A stretch of 64,000 nt of DNA from Selaginella moellendorffii (Eukaryota > Plantae > Lycopodiophyta): NCBI RefSeq assembly GCF_000143415.4, contig NW_003314271.1:1718806-1782805 (forward strand), in the 5' to 3' direction. Shown here one piece after another: positions 54,714 to 64,000 of this stretch. How positions within the stretch are numbered: position 1 is the first letter of the stretch; each line of letters opens with the position of its first letter. A program made the translations under genes and the position numbers. The notes below the pieces were generated by a model that saw only the letters and a program-made list of their open reading frames with translations, was not told where the DNA came from and searched no databases.

Positions 54714-55166
54714 ATGGCGACGGCGGCGGTGGGTTCTTCCCAATTCTCGGGGATGGATGTCTCTCGGACGATCCAAACCCCGCAACAGCAGCAGCCCCGG
54801 CAGGGATGGAGGAATGGGCGGTCGAATTTGCGGCTGCGGGCGTCGGCGGCGGCGAGCGCGAGGTATGGATCATCGCCGGTGGCCCCCTGCGAGTCCTACT
54901 CGATGCTGGGCATCCGGCCGGGCGATTCCAAGCAGGATCTCAAGCGCGCCTACCGGAGGCTCGCGCTCCAGTATCATCCGGATGTTTGCAAGGGCGATCA
55001 CTGCGCGCCCAAGTTCCAGGAGATCAACGCGGCGTACGAGCTCCTCCAGAAGATCATGGACGGGAGCGCCGTGGCCGCCCCGGTGGACGATCGCTACTAC
55101 TACAGCGACGACGAGGAGGATTTGGAGGAGTACAAGTCGGGGTGGGAGGGCGCGTGGGTGTTTTGA
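54714..55166 (+). CDS. Small plastid-type J-domain protein, J8/DJC22-like, intronless
   Basis: Transit-peptide-like N-terminus; LKRAYRRLALQYHPDVCKGDHCAPKFQEINAAYE; C-terminal GWEGA. Confidence 0.85.
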   Translation: MATAAVGSSQFSGMDVSRTIQTPQQQQPRQGWRNGRSNLRLRASAAASARYGSSPVAPCESYSMLGIRPGDSKQDLKRAYRRLALQYHPDVCKGDHCAPKFQEINAAYELLQKIMDGSAVAAPVDDRYYYSDDEEDLEEYKSGWEGAWVF

Positions 55167-55881
55167 TCCCGGCGACTTTCCCCCTTTATTCTTCTTCTCG
55201 ATCGATCGTCTCGTGTAAATAGGGAGGGACGGGAAGATCTCTGTACAGTGGGGGCTATCGGAATTTTTTAGGCAGCCAGGAAGAACAACTTTGCTTGTAT
55301 AGAAACACACCAAAAAGACTTGGAATCGAAGGAAGGAAACCAAGAAAGAAATTTCTTTCTCTTATTAGGTTATCTGTCTAGAACACTTCGATTGAATGAC
55401 GAGAACTCTTTGATTGATTGAAAGGTCGCTATCTTTCTTTTTCTCTTTTGGTTTAAGTTATCCCTTGGGATGGGGACAAAAGATCCACGTATATGAAAGA
55501 CTGGGTTCCCACGCTGCCGTGTGTTTAGACCACACGGAATAAAGACTTGATCAACAGAGGAAAACGTGGACAACGTTTAGCACTTCCAAATATTCTGTTT
55601 GTAGCGTTATGTTCTATCTGTTAAAAAAGACACGAGAAAAAAGCAAACAAAAACGGAAAAAGATAATATATATAGTGGAATTAGCTGTATCCTGCTTTGA
55701 AAGGACCAAGCAAACTATTGGAACTTAGCAAAGTTTAACTGGCCAGAAATCAAAGAGATAATTTACACTATATTTTTAAAATATTGGACTCACTTAATCT
55801 CGAGCCACATTTTTCTTAAGAATGATAGACATGAGCAAAGTAAAAGTTTTACTATATTCTTGTAATCATTTTGAAGGTCAT

Positions 55882-56403
55882 TTACTGGTTGCAAACCTTA
55901 ATATTTGCAGTGACCTGATAGTTCATGCCACCCAGTGAAGCCTCAGTCACGGTTCCAGTTGCTCCAACATAAATCCCAGTGCCGCCAAGAATCGCATATG
56001 TGGTGGAAGAACCTGGTGCAGAACCTCCGGCATCTCCCATGAACTCCACCCGGTTGTTCCCACACTTGATCTGGGAAACCAGGAATTCCAGAGCTCCAGT
56101 GTCGGCGATCACACCTTGGTAGATGCATCTGGAGTTTCCACTAAGAGGAGCAGCAAATGTTTGGACGGAGCCATCGCGATCCATCACACCAGTGGTTGGA
56201 ACACCATCGGTTGGAACAACTTGGAACTCGTTTTGGCCAAGAACAAACTGGGCAGAACCTTGGATGGTGTAGCTCTTGCACTGGAATAGAAGATTTAGAA
56301 TCTATTGCAATTTGGACTTTACAATACTTACCAAGTTTGCGGATGCATAAGAAGCAAAGAGAGCAACAGCGAGGGCCAAAACAAGCGCAACCTGGGATGC
56401 CAT
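55882..56403 (-). CDS. Secreted dirigent/allene-oxide-cyclase-barrel-like protein
   Basis: Exon 1 signal peptide MASQVALVLALAVALFASYASANL|GTAAGT; exon 2 from about 56280 (CKSYTIQG...) with TYAILGGTGIYVGATGTV. Confidence 0.7.
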
Positions 56404-56837
56404 TACAACTGAAAAAGCAACCTTTAAACTTGGGTATGTATATTAGTGTGGGAAGAAAATAAAATCTTTACATTGGTGAAGCTAACCTTACCAAGTTGAT
56501 TGACAAAAAGAAACTTCTGATTGCCAATCAGAACCAATCATAGGAAAATGATACATTGAATGTCTGAAGATATTCTTTTAGCATATTCTGTTAAGTTTTA
56601 AAGCTACTGTGAAATGTCTGGCCTTTGCTCCGATTCCGGGACTTCCTCGACACGGATAAAGACCCGGTAACTACTTTGAACTTTTTTCTTTCTTCTATTT
56701 TTCTAGTAATTCTATGCAGTGCTCGCCTCAGAAATGAATCTCGAACGTACACGATTGTCGTATTGGTGCAATCGGATGGTTTTCCCACGCTCTTGTTTTT
56801 TCCCGCTAACAAGAAGAGCTTGACCCGGTAAGCAGCG

Positions 56838-57470
56838 ATGAAACTGGAGAATGAGATTCCGGAACTGCCTGATGCGATCAGTCCAGTCTTTCCAGATGAC
56901 GAGGAAGAGTCTTGAACTGATGCAAATCAAACTCTGGAGGAACGTGTTTTGTTTCTAGTTAACTGTCTTCTCATTCATGAAGACTTCTGAGCAGGACGAT
57001 GAGATGAGCTTAGTCAGGGAGATTGTCAATTCTCTTTCGGCTCCTGCTCTACCTGGTATGCATTGTTTCTCTGCATTCATTCACCAACAGCACACTTTCA
57101 ACTGCAGGGTTACTGACTACGACCTTGTCTGGTACTTTCAGCTCCTTTCTTTCTTCTGTTTTTCTAGTTATTTTTATGCAGTGATCGAGGAAATGAAACT
57201 CGAGTGCGAGAATTGAACTGCCTGATTTGTTCAGTCCCATGTTCCCAGATGACGAGGAAGAGGAGTTAGAACCTGCACCCGATGCAAATCAAACTCTGGA
57301 GGTGCTTTTATTCTTTCAATTCTCATTCATGAACAGGACAATGAGATGAACTTAGTAGTGAGGGAGATTGTGAGTTCTTTCCAGGCTCCTGCTAGACCCT
57401 GGTACATATGCATTGTTGCTCAGCATTCATTTGCCAGCACTCTTTTCAACTGCAGGTTTACTGACTAGAC
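56838..57470 (+). repeat. Imperfect tandem duplication of an exon-intron unit (period about 355 bp)
   Basis: GAACTGCCTGAT...CCAGATGACGAGGAAGAG...GATGCAAATCAAACTCTGGAGG...AGGGAGATTGT...TTTCAACTGCAGG occurs twice (about 56838-57122 and 57193-57470). Confidence 0.8.
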
Positions 57471-57522
57471 ATTGTTCAACTTCCAAACTGATGAGTCTCA
57501 GATAATCAGATTGCTCTTACAG

Positions 57523-58440
57523 GCTCTTTGGTGTGCACTCGGATTTTGGAGCGGCCGTGCTACACTGATCTTCGTAAGAGGAGGAGAAGTAAGAACAGAT
57601 TGGTTTTGCTGTTGAGGGTGCCTGGGATTGGCAAGAGCGCCTTTCTCATTACAACTCTACCCCCATCTGAAGTAGGTCAGGAAGGCGGTGGCGTTTCAGA
57701 ATAAGAGTGGTCATCTCTATCTCTTTGAACCGCAGCACACTGAGAAGATGGCATGTATTGGTGCATGTATTGGCGCGAGGGCTACAGATGTTTCGCCCTT
57801 GAGCAGCATCCACACCAGAAGCTGGTCGATCCTCCAGCATTCAAATGCAAAGGTTCTATTGGCAGCCAGCCCAAAGTTGACGGACTTTCAGGAGTTTGAT
57901 AAGGATGGCCGCACTCAGCACGTGTTTCTACCGATTTGGTCTGCTGCCGAGATTGCTCTGGCTTGGCAGGAAGTATTTGATCCTGTCCATTTCATGGCTG
58001 AGTTATCCCACTCCCAGGATGAAGTCGGAAAGCTCGAGTTTGAAGCAATAAAAGAGTTTGACACTCGAGGTGGTGAAGGAAAGGCACCAGAAATGGGGGA
58101 AGGCTCGGCCCGGTTTGTGTTGGAGAGGCCGCACATTGACCTGGATTCCTTGGTCGCTGGCTTGATTTCTGTTCAGCAGACAGTAGAGGCAATAGGGAAG
58201 CGGATCATAGACGGTGATCACCCGTCTCACAAGATGGTGCATGTTTGCGTCTCCATACCTCGTTGATGCAACGGCGAAGAAACTCAACGAGTCTAGGGAG
58301 CTGAGTACGTTCCTGAGCTTCAAGACCATGGATGCAAGTGCCACATTTTCCAGAACGAGCTAAAGATCAAGTGAGCCCAAGCTGTGAACAAGTGTAGCGG
58401 AATGTTTGAAAGTGATGGAGCACAGAAGTATAGCTACCTC
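57523..58440 (+). pseudogene. Crinkler/RHS-type P-loop NTPase remnant
   Basis: ERPCY, Walker A-like RVPGIGKS (57615-57638), LAASPK, FLPIWSAAEI, GSARFV, PSHKMVH, GMFE, interrupted by frameshifts and stops. Confidence 0.65.
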
Positions 58441-58688
58441 GTTGGAACTTTATCAGGAAGTATTGGCTAGAAGCAAATTGTCAATGAAAGTCAATGAAAA
58501 ATCTTTGATTGCTATTTTATGGTCAATGAATGTCAATGGTCCTCTTATTATTCTCTTGCATATTCTGTTAAGGCTATCTTAAATCTAGCAAATTCGGCTA
58601 CAGTTAGTTAGGTCTAGGGTTGAGGGTTTTGTGCCGCGATTTCTAGGGCTCGAGAGGGCGAGGGGCGAGCGGCGAGAGAGAGACAGCC

Positions 58689-59399
58689 ATGGCGACGCCG
58701 GATCACGCGCGCGAGCCGTGCCCGGACCGCATCCTCGACGACATTGGCGGCGCATTCAGCATGGGCGCCATCGGCGGCTCGGTCTACCACTTCATCCGCG
58801 GCGTCTACAACTCCCCGCGAGGTGAGCGCCTGCTGGGCGGCGCGCAGGGCGTGCGCATGAACGCGCCTCGCGTCGGCGGTAGCTTCGCCGTCTGGGGCGG
58901 CCTCTTCTCCACCTTCGATTGCACCATGGTCTACTTGCGCCAGAAGGAGGACCCCTGGAACTCCATCGCCGCGGGTGCCGCCACCGGCGGCTTCCTCCAG
59001 CTGCGAGCCGGGATGAAGAGCGCCACCAGGTCGGCGATCTTTGGCGGCGTGCTGCTCGCGCTCATCGAGGGCGCGGGGCTGATGCTCAACCGGATGATGA
59101 CGCCGCCGCCGCCACCCATGGAGGAGCCAATTCCACAGACCGGGCCGCCCTCCTCCGGTATCTTCCCATTTCCAGCTCCGAACACTGCGGGGATGGGTGG
59201 CCAGTTTCCTTCTTCTCCAGGTGGTGGTAGCGGTGGTGGTGGTGGCGCCAGCGATGGTTCTTCGTCTTCCTCGGGCTCTAGTTCTTGGTACTCGGGATGG
59301 TTTGGAGGGACGAAGGAGGAACCCAAGCCTTACAACGAGAAGCTGGACAGTTTTGAGGCGAATCCACCCCCGCCGATGCCCGGCTTCGAGGTGAAGTGA
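58689..59399 (+). CDS. TIM17: Mitochondrial inner membrane translocase subunit Tim17 with plant C-terminal extension
   Basis: DHAREPCPDRILDDIGGAF, GGSFAVWGGLFS, RQKEDPWNSIAAGAATGG, GGVLLALIEG; Pro/Gly/Ser-rich tail with WFGG. Confidence 0.97.
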   Translation: MATPDHAREPCPDRILDDIGGAFSMGAIGGSVYHFIRGVYNSPRGERLLGGAQGVRMNAPRVGGSFAVWGGLFSTFDCTMVYLRQKEDPWNSIAAGAATGGFLQLRAGMKSATRSAIFGGVLLALIEGAGLMLNRMMTPPPPPMEEPIPQTGPPSSGIFPFPAPNTAGMGGQFPSSPGGGSGGGGGASDGSSSSSGSSSWYSGWFGGTKEEPKPYNEKLDSFEANPPPPMPGFEVK

Positions 59400-60241
59400 G
59401 CGAGGGAGATCTGGCGTGGACGTGTACATGCAAGGACTTCGCGAGGTACTTCTCTTTTGTTCTTGTTTAGAAGTGAGATTTGCTTCCAAGTTTTGCCTTG
59501 AGAGTTTCTCGAGGTTGCAAGGACTTGATCTTCGTGAGATTTCCTTCCATAGAGATTTTCTCAAGTTTGCGAGGACTTGATCTTTGGAAGTGTGGCTTTC
59601 CTCTCTATCTTTGTTTACTCAGAGTTAGTTACACTGTAGACTAAAAGTTTTTTTTTTTTGTTCTCCTTCGTACACTGTAGATTAAACGTCTCGAGTGTTT
59701 CCAGTTTTTTTTTTAATTCAAGAGGACTGTTCCTTTGTGTTACTCTTGCACGGTACTGACTGTGATTCGTTTACAGATGGCTCGTGGTCCGGTCAGCTTG
59801 GCCTCGTGAGTGATGCGGTCTCAAGTCGTGTGTTCTCTTATTTCATTTTTACTTCCATCGTGGAATACTTTAAACTCTGTTCTTGCTCTTCCTCCTCTCT
59901 TTCTCTCCCCTCTGTTCTTTAGTGTCGGCTTTGTATGCTTCGACTGTCGTGTTGTTGCAGGCGCGCCATGCTACGCGATAGCGAAAGCCCAGCAGCAGGT
60001 TTTGTATATCATTCTACCATGGTTTTGATCGGTTTTTCTAACTGAAGCATGTTTTCCGCGTGCTTTTCCAGGAGAAGAAAAGGACGAAACTTCTGGTGGC
60101 CGGGTCAGTGCTGGTGGGTCTCGGTCGTACTGCCCACGTTTTTGAACAGGCAACGGGTGCTACAAAAGGCAGCGGAGCCCCCTTTTCTTCCTCAGCAGCC
60201 AAAGCTGCAAATCTTTCGGAGGGAAGACTCGACTCTCTGAT

Positions 60242-60916
60242 ATGGCAATCTCGTCGCCAGCTCTAGCAGGGATTGAGTATAGCCGCTCCAGCTTCATCAT
60301 GGGTGACAAGCTTCAAGCCTCCTCTTCTGGTTCCTCGAGCAGGCGGAATTCTGGGAGGAGGATGGTGGTCGCTGCACAGTCGGCTGCGATCGATAGCCAC
60401 TTTGTTTTGGGATTGGATTACAGTGCCTCCAAGCAAGAGATCAAGCGGGCTTACAGGAACCTTGCGCTCCAGGTGTGTAGGATCTTTGTCAATTATGTTT
60501 GCTGGTGTTCTGATCTCGTTATTCCTTGCGTTGTTTCCAGTACCATCCGGATGTTTGCAAGGGGACTGGGAACGAGCACGTTTTCACTCAGATCAATCTT
60601 GCCTACGAGGTTAGCAGTTTAACTTCTTTGGTGGTTTTGTTTCTTTGTGCTTAGCTCTTTTGTTTCCTTGTTGCAGTGCTTGATGAGCGAATCTCAAAGC
60701 CAGCAAAAGCTCCAGGAAAACTCGAGAGTGGATCCAAACTCCAAAGCTAGAAGCGCTGGATCCATGGAAGACGAGTGGCTATCCGAGGGCTACACGTTTG
60801 AGGAGATTTTTGGAAAGAGCCCGTGCTACCAGACTGTCGATGAATCTTTGTTCCGCGAGGTGGAAGAGAGGCCGAGAAGAAAGGTCAAGAAGGGCAGCTC
60901 TCGCGAGGATTGGTAG
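60242..60916 (+). CDS. Second J8-like J-domain protein, 3 exons
   Basis: EIKRAYRNLALQ|YHPDVCKGTGNEHVFTQINLAYE|CLMSE joined across GT-AG introns. Confidence 0.8.
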
Positions 60917-61176
60917 GTTTGCTATATAGTCAACATGCTGACCCGTAGACTGGCGCTGACTGGCAGGCGAAACAGATAAGAGGGTGTTACATTGAAAAAA
61001 ACACCGATTTTTTTGTGTAGAAAGTAAAAACTACTTTCTACTTTCTAGTAAAAAGAAAGTAAAATAAAAAGTGGCGCTATGGCGAGCTGCCACGTCTGGA
61101 GCGAAGTGTCAGTATTTGATTGGCTCACTCTTTGTTGATAACACATGAACGATTTCTTCCATTTTATCACCGAGTC

Positions 61177-61461
61177 ATGGCTTCAACACAGGTATGATCA
61201 CTCCGTGTTCTTCAATCCCGATCGATTCATTGTTTCTCTTTGGTTTTCTAGAATCCTTCTTCCACTGGTACCACCAAGTTGGCCGAGGAGCACGCCAAGA
61301 ATCTATCAGCCGAGAATGAGAAAAAGGAGAGCGCGGAGGTAGTACCGTCAGTGGATCATCGATCCGGTCCAGGCCAGCACCAGCAAAAGGATGCGATCCC
61401 GACTGTGGTGGTGCACGAGAACGCGGATGATCCTGCAAAGAAATCTGGAACGAAGAGTTGA
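61177..61461 (+). CDS. Hypothetical 74-aa hydrophilic protein (two exons)
   Basis: ATG in a good context (TCATGG), exon MASTQ|GTATGA, 60-nt pyrimidine-rich intron 61192-61251, in-frame exon NPSSTGTTKLAEEHAK...KSGTKS*. Confidence 0.55.
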
Positions 61462-61564
61462 GAGTTCCACAGCACAGCTGCTGCTCATAGTTTTTGATTG
61501 TGATCCAAAAATGTGGACAGCGAATAGAAGATGTTAGTAGTATACATACAGAGACAATGGTGCC

Positions 61565-63630
61565 TTAGATGAGCCCCTGTCGTTGCAAGTCGGTGTAAGT
61601 TTTCTTGTTGTAGACGTTCCCGTCCCTGTCCTCGTACTCCTCTTCCAGGTCCGGGCGCCACTTGTTCATGCCCGACCGCTCCTGGATGATCTCGTACAGC
61701 GCCTTTGCGTCCTGGTACAAGATTGTCATTAGCTGTAAGCATAAAAAATGAAAGTAAGTACCTTGATGGAAGTAATCTCATGAAAGTTTTTCGTGTTTGG
61801 TATTCCTAAGCAGCGCATGCCGTGCTGATGCCTCCATTCTTTGAAGTGTCGTTCGAAGGCCCTTCGCCCCCAGTAGCTAGAGTTTCCACATATCTCGCAT
61901 TTGAACTCCTGCAAAACAAAGGAGAGGAGATGACGGCCAGCAAAAGAAGGAGAATAACTTTTTACCTGGCCCAAGCCGTGAAGCTTGTACAACCAATATG
62001 GAATCGGCTTCCCGTCCCACCCCATCGGCAGCTTCAACGGATTGTAAAACTGCTGCTCCTCTTCCTCGCTCTCACTTTCCGGTTGTACTTCCACTTGCTG
62101 TGAAAGATAATGTTAGCCAAAGGCTCAAACGCAAAGAACACAAACTTACTTCTTCCCGCTCTTCTTCCATTTCCTCGTAGGTGAATGCCTGCTTCTTCTC
62201 CACGTGGCCCTTCGTCTCCTCGATGGCCTGTACCAAAGCGTCAACGAAAGAATAAGGGTGCTAAACTCATACCTCATGAAGTAGCTCAGTCAAGCGACGT
62301 ATCCGACATTCGTTCAATGCAATGTCCTTGATATTTGGAAGAGACTCGTCACCATTCTTTTTCGGTTTCATTCCTTTAGCGAAGTGCTTACTGTCAAGTT
62401 GGTCCAGTGGTTGGAGCTTTGTAAGCCAGAGCCGCTCCGCGCGTTGCTGGACAGTTCCTCCGCTTTTCAGGCCCAAAAATGCCAGTGACTGCAAAGAGTT
62501 GATGCTTAGTTAAGTCACAGAGAAGAAGAAACTTACATACCTGTTTTAGCCTCTCTCCCCCAAGCTGCACAAGCTCTTCAGGAGAGTGATAGTTATCAAT
62601 ATTGATCGGATTCAAATTCTTCACTCCTTTGTTTTCCCAGCCTTCTACCTTCCCGGCGAGCCATCGCTCCTCAAACTCTGCCTCGACCTGAAAAAACGCG
62701 AAATCAAAGGATGAACAGACAACGCAATCAATGATGTTGTACCTTTGTGAGTTTTTTCTCAATGTCCTGTAGGGGCTGAGTTCTCTGGTAAAAAGACACA
62801 AGATAATGCATCAGATCCTCCACGTATTCAGTGTACTGTCTGCATGATCGCTAAAAGTGTAAGATGCACAGAATAAAAGAAAAAAACTTGCCTTGAGAGC
62901 TTGTGCATCTGAGGAATTTTGTGCAGTTGAAAGAAGGTCTCGATGTAGGCCGAGTACTCCAGCTGCTGCTCTTTATCCTTCTTCTTCACGAAGCTCAAAT
63001 TCACGTAGCGTTGATGCAACTCGTGCAGGTCGAGAAACCGCCCATACCCTTCCTGCAGAAAAGGTAGAGAGGATTCACCGCGAGAAAACAAAGAAAATAA
63101 AACTTTACCTCTCCACTGAACTCGATGTAAGGTTCTTCCTGGAAAACTTGTTCCAGATCATCGACTTCCATGGCTTGGAGTGATGGGTGTCGTCGATGGT
63201 ACTCGCGAATCTAAATAGAAAGAACACAATCGCGAAAGATGAGCTCAAAGAAAACAATCCATTTATCTTTCCTACGCACTACTCACCTCCTTGAGCCGAT
63301 CGTAGAAAGCGCTAAAGACATTATTCTGGCCGGGAGCGGTTTGGCCTCCAAGCGCAGCAATCTCATCACTCCTGGCACCATCAGCGTCTTCGTAGATATC
63401 CACCTACGATCAAAATCCACCCATGAAGAAACCGAAGAAATGGAGCTCACGCTTACCAGCTTAGAAGTCGCCAGCGTCATCGCTTCCAGCATCATCTTGA
63501 CGCGATGACTCTGGTACAATCGATCCTTGTGTGACTTGACCTCCTTCTGGAGCTCCTTGACCACCATTCGCTCCAAACGCTCGATGTCGTCATGCGCAGA
63601 TCGAGCTTGCTCCAGCAGCGTGGCCGACAT
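61565..63630 (-). CDS. SF3A3: Splicing factor 3a subunit 3 (PRP9/SF3a60/ATROPOS)
   Basis: [77 protein letters not shown]...[29 protein letters not shown]. Confidence 0.97.
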
Positions 63631-63809
63631 CGTCTCCTTCCTCCTGCTCAAAACCCTAACCCTAGGAGCCCAATATCCTGCCACGTACGCCTTTTTGTTT
63701 CCCTTTGCCAAAAACCCTAAGCCTCTGTTTCAAAATTTCCTAACCCTAAAAATCCCGCCACGTAAGCCTCTTTTGTTTCAAAATTTCCCCTTCGAGTGAG
63801 GTTTTTGCT
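63631..63809. promoter_or_regulatory. Compact bidirectional promoter with telo-boxes and duplicated GCCACGTA elements
   Basis: 179 bp between divergent ATGs; AACCCTA repeated at about 63652-63665, 63714-63720 and 63742-63748; GCCACGTA at 63680 and 63757. Confidence 0.6.
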
Positions 63810-64000
63810 ATGGCGGCGCCGGTGTGCGTCCAGCATGCCTTCTCCAGCTCGCCACAGCAATGCGACATCCAAATGCGGGCTACCGGCGGCCAAGGCAGCG
63901 CTGGATTCTTGGCCGCGAGGAGCGCCAATCCAATCCACGATAGGGTTCGTCATCAGCAGCATCGCCAGGCCAGAGTCGCGCTGCTTGTCAAGGCGTCATC
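63810..64000 (+). CDS. 5' end of a probable plastid-targeted protein (runs off the window)
   Basis: Open frame MAAPVCVQHAFSSS...RVALLVKAS, Ala/Ser/Arg-rich with a VKA-S cleavage-like motif; no domain visible. Confidence 0.5.
   Translation, partial: MAAPVCVQHAFSSSPQQCDIQMRATGGQGSAGFLAARSANPIHDRVRHQQHRQARVALLVKAS

Overview
Gene-dense eukaryotic DNA from a land plant with flagellated sperm. Introns of about 45-60 nt, very short intergenic gaps, telo-boxes, land-plant gene families and an axonemal gene point to a lycophyte such as Selaginella (inference). I reconstructed about 20 genes by hand from GT-AG splice signals: a divergent pair of SRPBCC/lachrymatory-factor-synthase-like genes, panB, a tandem-BRCT protein, a dual-specificity phosphatase, an F-box pseudogene, DDB1, two tandem LRR-VIII-1 receptor kinases, an MpaB/rubber-oxygenase-like protein, a GDSL lipase, an ODA-DC2/CCDC114-like coiled-coil protein, a stellacyanin-type phytocyanin, a GH17-X8 glucanase, two J8-like DnaJ proteins, a secreted dirigent/AOC-barrel-like protein, a decayed Crinkler/RHS NTPase cassette, TIM17, an unannotated 74-aa protein, SF3A3, and the start of a plastid-targeted gene. 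Two AT-rich islands (about 9.2-24.0 kb and 38.8-46.7 kb) hold a MITE and two decayed Ty3/gypsy elements. Best leads: the microbial-type MpaB-like oxygenase; an outer-dynein-arm docking subunit in a lineage reported to lack outer arms; a gypsy element whose 5' LTR carries a 167-bp inverted segment; a Crinkler-type cassette bounded by 15-bp direct repeats; and a possible spliced bridge between TIM17 and a DnaJ gene. No database searches were run; family calls rest on recognised motifs, and mismatch counts are by hand.
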